Part shown: piece after piece, positions 1 through 8,312 of the stretch
Layout of the letters: the number at the start of each line of letters is the position of its first letter
Position numbering within the stretch: the stretch's first letter is position 1
Assembly: GCA_964579375.1 (NCBI GenBank)
Contig: CAZOGS010000003.1
Span: 1 to 34,102, forward strand
Source of the DNA: an uncultured Muribaculaceae bacterium
Lineage (GTDB): Bacteria; Cyanobacteriota; Vampirovibrionia; Gastranaerophilales; Gastranaerophilaceae
Length of the DNA: 34,102 nucleotides
Direction of reading: 5' to 3'
Notes under the pieces: model-generated
The model's database searches: none
Told to the model about the DNA's origin: nothing
Seen by the model: only the letters and a program-made list of their open reading frames with translations
Made by a program: the position numbers and the translations under genes

Positions 1-146
1 CATTGTTTGGTTTATTGGCAATGGAAATTGCACTCAGTGAATCATTCAGAGCAATTGCTCCGAAAGTCGGTATCGTTCTTTTGGTTATCGCTATCGTATT
101 CGTAATTCGTTCATTCTATGGAATGAGAATTCCGACAGATAAATAA
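1..146 (+). CDS. C-terminal fragment of an integral membrane protein (5' end outside window)
   Basis: Frame 3 is open from the window edge to TAA at 144-146. The translation LFGLLAMEIALSESFRAIAPKVGIVLLVIAIVFVIRSFYGMRIPTDK contains a hydrophobic helix, and a strong terminator follows. The family cannot be recognised from 47 aa. Confidence 0.4.
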   Translation, partial: LFGLLAMEIALSESFRAIAPKVGIVLLVIAIVFVIRSFYGMRIPTDK

Positions 147-167
147 TCTGCAAGACGAGAAATATGT

Positions 168-205
168 GAGGCGGTCTGATTTTTAAAATCAGACCGCCTC
201 TTTTT
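168..205 (+). terminator. Rho-independent terminator
   Basis: Perfect inverted repeat gaggcggtctgatttt / aaaatcagaccgcctc (168-200) followed by TTTTT (201-205), 22 nt after the stop of the partial CDS. Confidence 0.85.
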
Positions 206-230
206 ATATTAATTTTTTCATAAAATTTTT

Positions 231-270
231 TGCAACAAAAAATCCCTCTTACAAACAAAGAGGGATTTTT
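231..270 (-). terminator. Rho-independent terminator for the 285..836 gene (T-tailed on both strands)
   Basis: Stem 240-250 aaatccctctt pairs with 258-268 aagagggattt around a 7-nt loop. On the minus strand the stem is followed by TTTTTT, and it lies about 15 nt downstream of the stop at 285. Confidence 0.75.
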
Positions 271-284
271 AAATAAGTTATTAA

Positions 285-836
285 TTAATAATCTTGATTT
301 ACGGTTTCTTCTTCATCTTCCAAGGCTGACAAATCTCTTGTTGAAGAAGTATCAAAATCTTCGGGTAACATATCGTCATCGGGCCAAATAGTTGTATCAT
401 CGTATCTTGATGCCGAGAGATTTTCTGCCGCCGTCAAATCGGAATCCGTTAAATCAGCTTCCGTTAAAACGCAGCCTACCATATCTGAATCAGTAAAATT
501 GCAATAATTTAATACCGCAAAATTAAAATTTGTTCCGTTTAACAATGCTCCCGAAAAATCACATTCAACCACATTTGCTCTTGTGAAATCAACTGATTCT
601 AAGTTTGCATCCGTAAAGTTAACAAGTGAAAGAGTTGTATCGGCAAAAGTTGAACCTGATAAATCGCAATTTGTAAAGTCGACGTTTTCCAATGTTGCGT
701 TCGCAAAATCCAATTCCGTCAAGTCAACTTCTTCATCAGATTTTGCTCTAAAAGAATTGAATGCATCAACATCGTGTAAAATCATATCGGACAATTGGTC
801 TTTTGTGTACATGCCTTTATTTCTCCTTTTTGCCAT
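285..836 (-). CDS. Pentapeptide-repeat protein with an acidic C-terminal tail
   Basis: 183-aa ORF with a long run of A(D/N)LxX-type pentapeptides (ATLENVDFTNCDLSGSTFADTTLSLVNFTDANLESVDFTRANVVECDFSGALLNGTNFNFAVLNYCNFTDSDMVGCVLTEADLTDSDLT). The last ~45 aa are D/E rich. There is no obvious SD, and the alternative start at Met9 cannot be excluded. Confidence 0.85.
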   Translation of the reverse strand: MAKRRNKGMYTKDQLSDMILHDVDAFNSFRAKSDEEVDLTELDFANATLENVDFTNCDLSGSTFADTTLSLVNFTDANLESVDFTRANVVECDFSGALLNGTNFNFAVLNYCNFTDSDMVGCVLTEADLTDSDLTAAENLSASRYDDTTIWPDDDMLPEDFDTSSTRDLSALEDEEETVNQDY

Positions 837-892
837 GTCTGTGTGATATTCATAATTATTTTAACCGATTTTATTTAAAATACAAATACTTT

Positions 893-1543
893 TTATATAA
901 TATTATTACTTATTGTTTTAATTGCCGCTTGAGTACGGTCATCAACCTCAAGTTTTTGCATAATACTGCTGACGTGTGCCTTAACCGTATTTATGCTCAA
1001 ATGCAGTTTTTTCGCTATTTCCGTGTTTGTATAACCTTCTTTTACATAGGATAAAACCTGCAATTCTCTTTTTGTTAAATTATAATCTCCGCTTTGATTA
1101 TCGTTAACTTTATCTACATCTTTCTTTATAATATCCAAAATATATTGTGCAACACTTGCATCAAACCAAATCGCACCTTGCAAAACGGATTTTAAAATCA
1201 AAGCAATGTCACAGGGATTAATTTCTTTTGAACAATACCCGCTTGCTCCGACTTTTACTGAGTTTATAACCTCTTCTTTTGTTTTATGGGATGTTAAAAT
1301 AAGAATTTTTATGTTCGGGTTTATCCTTTTAATGCTTTCGGTCGTTTCAATTCCGTTCATCCCCGGAAGCCCCAAATCCATAATAACCGCATCAACGTGT
1401 TTGGTGTTAACTATTTCAATTGCCGTTTGAGAATCTGTCGCCTCAAAAATTTCTCCGACTGTTTCCATTGATGAAAGAGCGGTCTTTAAACCAAATCGTA
1501 TGAGTGCGTGATCCTCTGTAATCAAAACGTTAAATTTGTTCAT
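893..1543 (-). CDS. NarL/LuxR-family response regulator (REC + LuxR HTH)
   Basis: 216 aa. Receiver residues are present: LITEDH acid pocket, phospho-acceptor context DAVIMDLGLPGMNG, LILTSH, and the SGYCSK lysine. The C-terminus has a LuxR-type HTH (LTKRELQVLSYVKEGYTNTEIAKKLHLSINTVKAHVSSIMQKL). The start overlaps the upstream gene by 14 nt. Confidence 0.9.
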   Translation of the reverse strand: MNKFNVLITEDHALIRFGLKTALSSMETVGEIFEATDSQTAIEIVNTKHVDAVIMDLGLPGMNGIETTESIKRINPNIKILILTSHKTKEEVINSVKVGASGYCSKEINPCDIALILKSVLQGAIWFDASVAQYILDIIKKDVDKVNDNQSGDYNLTKRELQVLSYVKEGYTNTEIAKKLHLSINTVKAHVSSIMQKLEVDDRTQAAIKTISNNII

Positions 1544-3095
1544 TTTCGTTTTGTTCCTCTATAAGTTGTTTTGCTCTGTTTATATCAATTAACGCTGTGT
1601 TATATTGTTTATTCATTGTGTTTAATAAACTCTTATAATAAAAATATCTCGGGGATTTTTTTGTTATAAAAGCTGCCGTGTTGATATATTCTTCCGCTGA
1701 TTTTGCATCGTTCAATTCGATTGCATCTCTCGCCATATCAAGCCAACCTTCGGGGTAAAAAATGTTCGCTTCCAATGAATTAAGCAAGTTTTGTTTACCG
1801 AAGTCTTTCTGAATTTGTGATGAAAGATACAATACTTTGTAATTATTTTCGTCAACTTTTTGTGCTTTTGCAAGATATTTGTATGCTTGTTTATAATCTT
1901 TTGTCTTAAATGATGTGATGCTTATGGCAAGGAGCGTTTCAACATCTTTACTCATGCCTTTTTCAGCCATTTTGTATTCACTGAGAGCTTCTGCCGTTCG
2001 TCCTTTGTGAAGCAGTACATCTCCCTTCCCTTTGTGAGCATAATAAGCTTTTTTATCATTCAAAATTATCTTTTCATAAAGCTTTTCCGCTTCTTTATAG
2101 TTTCCCGTAATAATGTAAATATGTCCCAATAATTGCGGAGATTTTTTGTGTTCGCCTTTCATCAGCGACATTTTTAATTCACTTATTGCCCGTGTATAAT
2201 CTCTGTTCAAATAAAAATAGTATGCCCGATAATATTTTTGTAAAAGCTCATCTTTTGCGTTTTCCGAAAGTGAATAAAATTTGATTTTATCAAGATCTTT
2301 AATCATTACAATAAAAGGAATATCTTCGGAAAAAATTTGCTTCAGACATGATAAAGCTTCTTTCGTTTGACCGTTTGCCGTCAATATTTCCGCTTTGAAT
2401 TTTCTGTAATTCAAATTATCATCATTGGCTGAAATAGCTTTGTTTATTTCATTTAAGGCAAGCGAGTATTTTTTTTGTTCGTAGTATGCCCTTGCCCTTA
2501 AATAATTTGCGTAGTCTGATTTTGAAATATTATTCCCGCTTTTTTCAAGTTTTTCAAGACTTTCATCCGTTAAATTATTATACACAATGTCGGAATATAA
2601 ACCCGCTAAAAACACTTCTTCAGTAACTTTCAGATATGTTGACGGAAAAAAGTTTTTTCTGACCGCTCTTATATGTTCTTCCCAAATTTCTTGATTTTGC
2701 ACTTTGCTCATTGCAAGGTGAGAAAGCGAAAAATAGCCTGTTTGTGCAAGTCGGTAGGCTATTGTCATGTAATAAAAATCATTGGGTTCCATTGTGTTTA
2801 AAATATCTCGGTATTCATAATATGCAACGGAAACATTTGATTGTTCGACGAGCTTTTCTGCGTTTTCCAACTTTTTAATCAACCTTCTTACTTTTGGATT
2901 GTATTGCAATTTTCGATCGTAATATACGTCATAACCCGAAAAAAATACCAAATCCGAAAGATTGGAGTTTCTTAAATATGAAAGTTCGTTTTGTTTGCGG
3001 TTAATTTCTTTTAAATCAGCAGAAAAAACAACATTTTCGGTTACGAATAATGTGAAAATTAATAATATTCCGAATAAAATTGTTTTTACTCTCAA
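1530..3095 (-). CDS. Exported TPR-repeat protein
   Basis: 521 aa. N-terminal signal-peptide-like segment MRVKTILFGILLIFTLFVTENVVFSA, followed by many Y/A/L-patterned 34-aa TPR-like repeats (e.g. YYRAYYFYLNRDYTRAISELKMSL, AYYAHKGKGDVLLHKGRTAEALSEYKMA). The start is a TTG (3093-3095) overlapping the upstream TGA stop as TTGA, with AAGGA 6 nt upstream. Confidence 0.8.
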   Translation of the reverse strand: MRVKTILFGILLIFTLFVTENVVFSADLKEINRKQNELSYLRNSNLSDLVFFSGYDVYYDRKLQYNPKVRRLIKKLENAEKLVEQSNVSVAYYEYRDILNTMEPNDFYYMTIAYRLAQTGYFSLSHLAMSKVQNQEIWEEHIRAVRKNFFPSTYLKVTEEVFLAGLYSDIVYNNLTDESLEKLEKSGNNISKSDYANYLRARAYYEQKKYSLALNEINKAISANDDNLNYRKFKAEILTANGQTKEALSCLKQIFSEDIPFIVMIKDLDKIKFYSLSENAKDELLQKYYRAYYFYLNRDYTRAISELKMSLMKGEHKKSPQLLGHIYIITGNYKEAEKLYEKIILNDKKAYYAHKGKGDVLLHKGRTAEALSEYKMAEKGMSKDVETLLAISITSFKTKDYKQAYKYLAKAQKVDENNYKVLYLSSQIQKDFGKQNLLNSLEANIFYPEGWLDMARDAIELNDAKSAEEYINTAAFITKKSPRYFYYKSLLNTMNKQYNTALIDINRAKQLIEEQNENEQI

Positions 3096-4999
3096 TTTTT
3101 ATCCTTTGTCGATTGATGAATATAATAATGATTGAACAAATCAATAAATTGTTGTTCTTCAGGCGTTTTTTCTTCTTTGTTAATGAGAATTTCAAGCTCG
3201 AAAAGTTGCCGCTGTTCAAGAATTTTTCTTGAATTTATGCTCAAAGCCGTATCGCTGTCAGACAAAATAACGTCGATAATTTTGTCACAGGCAAGTGAGA
3301 GGAACAAATCGGTAATATGTTCGTCAAAATGGTTACCTGCACCTTCTCTTATGATTTTAATTGCATCTTGCATAGGCATTCTGTCACGGTAGTGTCTTAT
3401 CGATGTAATTGCATCAAAAACATCCGCAACAGCAAGAATTCTGCCTCCTAAGGGAATTTCCGTTCCGCCTTTGTGTCTGAAATATCCCTTTCCGTCAAAT
3501 TTTTCGTGGTGAGAAGCAGCTATTTCAACTACATCTTTGAAAGACTCTGACTTATCCGCAATTTTGCTCAAAATGTCGTGAGTAATTTTTACGTGGTCTT
3601 GAATATGGTGATATTCTTCATCTGTCAGTTTGCCTTTCTTTTGCAAAACCGAATCCCGAATACCGATTTTACCTATATCGTGAAGCATTGCGGCTTGTGC
3701 AATTACTTCCGATTTTTCTTTATCCAAGCCGATTTTTTGGCATAACAAAGACGAATAAAGAGTAACTCTCATCGAATGACCTGCCGTGATTTTGTCACGG
3801 GCATCTATTGATGCTGCAAGTGTGTCGATAAATCCGTTAAATAATCTTTTTTGCTCGAGTAGCATTTTTTGTTGCGTTTCAAACAGTCGGTTGTTTTCAA
3901 GTGCAATACCGGCACTTGCTCCGATTGTAATAAGCAAATCTTCATCCGCTTCCGTGAAACTTCCGTTGAATTTATTAATTACCTGAAAAACTCCGATAAC
4001 TTCGTATTTCAAGTTTCTAATCGGCATGCACAAAATACTTTGTGTCTTATATCCGGTTTGTACATCGATTTCTTGATTAAAACGCTCGTCGGAGTACGCA
4101 TTTTGTATGTTAATTGTTTTTCCCGTCATTGCAACGTGTCCGGCAAGACCTTTTTCCATAGGAAAACGAATTTCCTTGTGTTCCAAGCCTAAAGCAACTT
4201 TTGACCAAAGCTCTTTTTTGTCCCTGTCTATTAAAAATACGGTGCATCTGTCTGCTTTTAGTGCAAATTTTGTTTGTTCCGCAATCGTTTTTAAAAGTCT
4301 GTCCAAATCAATTTCCGCACTGATTGTTCTTGCTATTTTAAGAAGAGCAATGAGCGGGTCGCTCGGAATATCCGTGTCTTTGGGACGTTGTATTTTTTTA
4401 AGAGAGTCACTGAATACGGCTTCGCTCGACTCATTCAGATTTTTGTTTATGCCGGTAATTCTTTTGTAAGCCTTTTCATAACCGCCGTTTTCGGCAAGTT
4501 CTTTTGCTTTTGCGGTGCATTCATAAGCTTTTTCGTAATTTTTTGTTTTTAAATTGCAAAACGCAAGCGATTCATAAATTCTGACCAAAATATACGGTGC
4601 TTCGGTAACCATATAGGCTGCACGATTAAGATACATTGCGGCTTCCTGATAATTTTTTTCATGCATTGCAATTTGTGCAAAAGCCCACTTACTTATGCCT
4701 AAGGCATTTTCTCCGCTTGTGTCTTGTGCCAAAAATCTTGCGTCTTCAAGTAAGGCAAGACTGCTTTTGTATGTTTCGGGGTCGCAAAGATATTTTATCA
4801 ATCCTATAAATGTTAAGCAAATTGAAATTTTTTCGGTTTTATGTGCCTGCAAATAAATTCTGTGGGCGACATTAATTTTTTCCGAACATTCTCTGTATTC
4901 TCCGTCTTCATAGGCATTTAGAGCTTCTTGAAATAAATTATCCGCCAATCTTAAATTTTCATTTAAGTCTAAATCTGAATTATTTGTTAAAATTGTCAT
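3092..4999 (-). CDS. TPR-GAF-HD-GYP domain protein (putative c-di-GMP phosphodiesterase)
   Basis: N-terminal TPR-like repeats are followed by a GAF-like core (DRCTVFLIDRDKKELWSKVALG...LCMPIRN...GVFQVINK). The HD-GYP domain follows (GHSMRV..., AAMLHDIGKIGI, HHEKFDGKGYF, ILAVADVFDAITSIRHYR). I place the start at Met26 of the tracked ORF (ATG at 4999, not 5074) because a TTGCCG-18-TATAAT promoter candidate lies at 5030-5059, downstream of 5074 in the direction of transcription. Confidence 0.85.
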   Translation of the reverse strand: MTILTNNSDLDLNENLRLADNLFQEALNAYEDGEYRECSEKINVAHRIYLQAHKTEKISICLTFIGLIKYLCDPETYKSSLALLEDARFLAQDTSGENALGISKWAFAQIAMHEKNYQEAAMYLNRAAYMVTEAPYILVRIYESLAFCNLKTKNYEKAYECTAKAKELAENGGYEKAYKRITGINKNLNESSEAVFSDSLKKIQRPKDTDIPSDPLIALLKIARTISAEIDLDRLLKTIAEQTKFALKADRCTVFLIDRDKKELWSKVALGLEHKEIRFPMEKGLAGHVAMTGKTINIQNAYSDERFNQEIDVQTGYKTQSILCMPIRNLKYEVIGVFQVINKFNGSFTEADEDLLITIGASAGIALENNRLFETQQKMLLEQKRLFNGFIDTLAASIDARDKITAGHSMRVTLYSSLLCQKIGLDKEKSEVIAQAAMLHDIGKIGIRDSVLQKKGKLTDEEYHHIQDHVKITHDILSKIADKSESFKDVVEIAASHHEKFDGKGYFRHKGGTEIPLGGRILAVADVFDAITSIRHYRDRMPMQDAIKIIREGAGNHFDEHITDLFLSLACDKIIDVILSDSDTALSINSRKILEQRQLFELEILINKEEKTPEEQQFIDLFNHYYIHQSTKDKN

Positions 5000-5017
5000 A
5001 CAAAAGAACCTTATTTT

Positions 5018-5026
5018 TGGTACAAT
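5018..5026 (+). promoter_or_regulatory. Candidate extended -10 promoter of the GT2 operon
   Basis: TGgTACAAT (TG 5018-5019, hexamer 5021-5026), about 70 nt upstream of the ATG at 5098. Its -10 box sits 4 bp from the divergent -10 box. Confidence 0.35.
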
Positions 5027-5029
5027 ACG

Positions 5030-5059
5030 ATTATACAATAATTTACGAAAAGTCGGCAA
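5030..5059 (-). promoter_or_regulatory. Candidate sigma70-type promoter of the HD-GYP operon
   Basis: On the minus strand TTGCCG (5054-5059) is followed by an 18-nt spacer and a perfect TATAAT (5030-5035), about 30 nt upstream of the ATG at 4999. Such matches are common in AT-rich DNA. Confidence 0.4.
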
Positions 5060-5097
5060 CTCTCGACACGACAATGTTACACACTGAAAGGGAAATT

Positions 5098-5790
5098 ATG
5101 AAAAAAGTCAGCATCTTAATACCTGTTTATAATGAAATACAATCGCTTGAACAATTGTTACAAAGGGTTGAAGAAGCACCGTTTGCGGGGCTTGAGAAGG
5201 AAATTATTTTAGTTGATGATTTCTCAACTGACGGAACACGTGATATTTTAAAAAATCTTGAAAATAAATATAAAGTTTTATATCACGATGTAAACCAAGG
5301 TAAAGGTGCGGCATTGAGAACCGGTTTCGGAGCCGTTACGGGAGATATTGCAGTCATTCAGGATGCTGATTTGGAATATGATCCGAAAGATTATGACGGT
5401 GTTTTACAGTTGATATTGAACGGAGAAGCTGATGTTGCTTACGGTTCGAGGTTTATGGATTTAACTCAGAGCGAAACTGTTGTAAAAGTTAATTTCTTTG
5501 CAAATAAGATGTTAACATTGATGACGAATATTCTTTTCGGTGCAAAACTTACCGATATGGAAACCTGTTATAAAGCTTTCAAAACGGAGTTTATTAAAGA
5601 TATTAAGATTAAATCAAACCGTTTTGATTTTGAACCGGAAATTACCGCAAAGGTGTTGAAGAAAAAGGCGAAGTTAAAAGAAGCCCCGATTTCTTATCAC
5701 GGAAGAACTTTTGAAGAAGGTAAGAAAATAACGATGAAAGACGGTATTCATGCGGTTATTGCCCTTATTAAGTTTAGATTTTTTGATTAA
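5098..5790 (+). CDS. Family-2 glycosyltransferase (polyprenol-phosphate glycosyltransferase / Dpm1-like, no TM segment)
   Basis: VSILIPVYNE, ILVDDFSTDGTRDIL, QGKGAALRTGF and VIQDADLEYDP are the classic GT-A/GT2 motifs. The start is taken at MKKVSILIP (ATG 5098, preceded by aaggga) rather than the tracked 4984, which would overlap the divergent gene. Confidence 0.9.
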   Translation: MKKVSILIPVYNEIQSLEQLLQRVEEAPFAGLEKEIILVDDFSTDGTRDILKNLENKYKVLYHDVNQGKGAALRTGFGAVTGDIAVIQDADLEYDPKDYDGVLQLILNGEADVAYGSRFMDLTQSETVVKVNFFANKMLTLMTNILFGAKLTDMETCYKAFKTEFIKDIKIKSNRFDFEPEITAKVLKKKAKLKEAPISYHGRTFEEGKKITMKDGIHAVIALIKFRFFD

Positions 5791-5807
5791 CGGACAGTTG
5801 GTGAAAA

Positions 5808-8183
5808 ATGAATTTTGACGGTATCCAAATACAAAATTATGTTTACCATTTTTTGAAAGAAACTTCCTCAAATTATTCTTTTGAGGGAAAAAATGTGTTG
5901 TTCCTGTTTCCCAATTCAGATAGCAATAATGCGAGAGCTTTGTTGAAATTGGGAGCAAAGCATGTATTTTTTGCAAGTTATGAGTTTGAGTATCAAAAAT
6001 TAGTTGAAGATGGTATTTCTCTTTTAAATATTGAACGACTTGAACAAATAAAGTTCATTGAGGATGAATCGGTTGATATTGTTATCGGACTTGAAGTCCT
6101 TGAGCATTTAATTGATATGCGGGGATTTTTTGCGGAATTTAAACGGGTGTTGAAAAAAGGAGGAGCCGCAATATTGCACGGTTATCCGATGTGGACAAGT
6201 CCTTTGGGACATAATCTTTGGATTGAGGATAAGTTTTATTTCAATGATGAAGAATATAATCCGCTTCAACCGTGGGAACACTTAACTCTGAAAAATATCG
6301 AAGATGTGAAAAATTCTCTTAAGAATAACGGATATTATAAAAAAGACGGAAAGATTGTTGCAGATTGGCTTTTTGGCGGGGTAGAGGTAAATCGTCTTTC
6401 GCCAAGTGAAATCTTTGAATGTGCTACCGATACGACTTACGGCAATGATAAGTATTCACATAAAACCAATAAAAACAATTCTTTTGACATATATCAAACG
6501 AAAGATTTTTCGTATTTTATGAAACGAACTTTCGCACAAATTCCTACCAACTCCTTTTATGATAAAGCTCTTTCGGAATATTCCGAAGAAGATTTGTGGA
6601 CTGAAGAATGTTTGTTGACAATGACTAAAAACGTCAGAAATTCAGAATTTTTTGAAGATAAAAATTTGTCGGAATTTAGTGAATTACCCTACTTTAGAAA
6701 GGTTGTGTTTGAAGGATTTTTTGAAAAATACAATCTTTTGGGTGCAAATGTTTTAAATCTTTCGTTTTATGACAATAATTTCTTTTCAAGAATTTTGAAA
6801 AAACACGGAGCGAAATCTGTCACCGGTGTTTCACCGAGGATTAATATTGAGGGGGCTGAAGAGGTTGACGGAATAGAAAATTACTCTGTTAATTTTGAAA
6901 ATTTTGATGTCGGTGAAAAGAAATTTGATATCATAATCGGGTTTGACGTAATTCCTAACATTAAAAACTTTTCTAAATTTTGTAATAAATTGAGAAGATA
7001 TTCAAATTTGTCAACGGGCGTTCATCTTGACGGATATATGCCGTATACTTCGGCTTGCGGGCATGTTGTTTGTACCGAAAATCACAAATTTTTTAATGAA
7101 ACAAATATGTTTGATTATTGGGAACACCTTTCAATAAATACAGAAGAAGAATTGATTAATTCCTTGAAACGTCACGGTGTTGCTGAAGATGAATATGAAG
7201 GGGTTATTGCCGAATTTTTCGGTGATGACAGTGCGTTGAAGATGTCACCGAGTGAAATAGAAGAAAATATTTCACAAATGTTTCCTTATGATGTCAGAAG
7301 GATTTATAAATATTATCCTAAAAATGATTATTATCGGAAGGCTTTGGAAAAATATTCCGAAGATGATTTGAACGTCGAAAGATTGATTATTACCTCGGAT
7401 GTTGCACATTTACTGTGGCTTGATGATTTGAATATGGATAAGCATTATGAACTTAATGTTTCCGATATAAATTTAAAGTATAAATTGCCTAATAAGCGGG
7501 TATTAAACCTTTCGCCTAATTATTGCAATTCATCGATGACAGACGGATTTTTGTCGTTGAGGGCGGGGGAAGTTGTTTCTTTCGGTCATTATTTTTCAGG
7601 ATATGAGCTTCAGTGCGGAAAGGGTGCAAAGCTTGTAAATCAAGCGTTTGAGGAAGTCGCCGAACTTGACGGAAAATTCGATGTCATATACGGAGTTGAA
7701 GTTTTAGAGCATATTAAAGATATGAGGACTTTTATTGAAAATTTGAAAAATCTTGTTGCTGACAGGGGCGTAATATGTTTGCAGGGAAGACCGTTGTGGA
7801 CGAGTGATGACGGACATAATTATCCGTGGTATATAGACGGAAAAGCTTTGCAAACAGGAGAAGAAGACGGAAAGATTTCTCCGTGGCAACACCTTGCTTT
7901 TGATAATAAAGAAGATTTCAAAAAATCTTTGTTGGCAAAGTGTTTTAAGGAAGAAGATGCTGAAAATATTGCAGAATATATCTTTAATTCCGATGAGATT
8001 AACAGGCTTTCGTATGCGGAAATATTGGATATTTTAAACGGATTTGATGATATTTGTTACGGAACGAAGAAAGTTTTGGATTATTCCGAAGAAAATCAAT
8101 ATTACGCAATTGCAAGTAAAAGATACACTCACGAAGAATTGAGGACAAAAGAAATAAATCTTGCCATAAGGAAAAGATTGTAA
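5808..8183 (+). CDS. 791-aa protein built from three tandem class-I-methyltransferase-like modules (function unknown)
   Basis: Three modules of about 220-250 aa (about nt 5889-6632, 6744-7397 and 7494-8180) share ordered landmarks. These are NVLFLF / NVLNLS / RVLNLS; VDIVIGLEVLEHL / FDIIIGFDVIPNI / FDVIYGVEVLEHI; GYPMWTSPLGHN / GYMPYTSACGHV / GRPLWTSDDGHN; PWEHL / YWEHL / PWQHL; NRLSPSEI / LKMSPSEI / NRLSYAEI. GGTG SD-like sequence 5 nt before the ATG, which lies 17 nt after the GT2 stop. Confidence 0.8.
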   Translation: MNFDGIQIQNYVYHFLKETSSNYSFEGKNVLFLFPNSDSNNARALLKLGAKHVFFASYEFEYQKLVEDGISLLNIERLEQIKFIEDESVDIVIGLEVLEHLIDMRGFFAEFKRVLKKGGAAILHGYPMWTSPLGHNLWIEDKFYFNDEEYNPLQPWEHLTLKNIEDVKNSLKNNGYYKKDGKIVADWLFGGVEVNRLSPSEIFECATDTTYGNDKYSHKTNKNNSFDIYQTKDFSYFMKRTFAQIPTNSFYDKALSEYSEEDLWTEECLLTMTKNVRNSEFFEDKNLSEFSELPYFRKVVFEGFFEKYNLLGANVLNLSFYDNNFFSRILKKHGAKSVTGVSPRINIEGAEEVDGIENYSVNFENFDVGEKKFDIIIGFDVIPNIKNFSKFCNKLRRYSNLSTGVHLDGYMPYTSACGHVVCTENHKFFNETNMFDYWEHLSINTEEELINSLKRHGVAEDEYEGVIAEFFGDDSALKMSPSEIEENISQMFPYDVRRIYKYYPKNDYYRKALEKYSEDDLNVERLIITSDVAHLLWLDDLNMDKHYELNVSDINLKYKLPNKRVLNLSPNYCNSSMTDGFLSLRAGEVVSFGHYFSGYELQCGKGAKLVNQAFEEVAELDGKFDVIYGVEVLEHIKDMRTFIENLKNLVADRGVICLQGRPLWTSDDGHNYPWYIDGKALQTGEEDGKISPWQHLAFDNKEDFKKSLLAKCFKEEDAENIAEYIFNSDEINRLSYAEILDILNGFDDICYGTKKVLDYSEENQYYAIASKRYTHEELRTKEINLAIRKRL

Positions 8184-8312
8184 TTTTGTGCCTTGATGAA
8201 CAGTGATTTGCGTTTGTTTTTGTACAATTAAATCAAAGCAATATTTGAGATTGTAGTAAAATTTTTATTTCTATAATAAAATTGTTGTAAAAAATTACAA
8301 AAGGACAATGTT

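Noticed and set aside
583-1054. Plus-strand ORFs 583..846 (87 aa) and 761..1054 (97 aa).
   Set aside because: They are antisense to the pentapeptide-repeat and response-regulator genes. Their sequences are low complexity and S/K/F rich with no motifs and no SD. This is the typical shadow of repeat-coding DNA.
5000-5074. 25-codon N-terminal extension of the HD-GYP ORF (MSCRELPTFRKLLYNRIVPKIRFFC), and the tracked 4984 start of the GT2 ORF.
   Set aside because: The two extensions would overlap each other across the divergent promoter region. Both genes have better internal starts: ATG 4999 downstream of a TTGCCG-18-TATAAT promoter, and ATG 5098 giving the canonical MKKVSILIPVYNE GT2 N-terminus.
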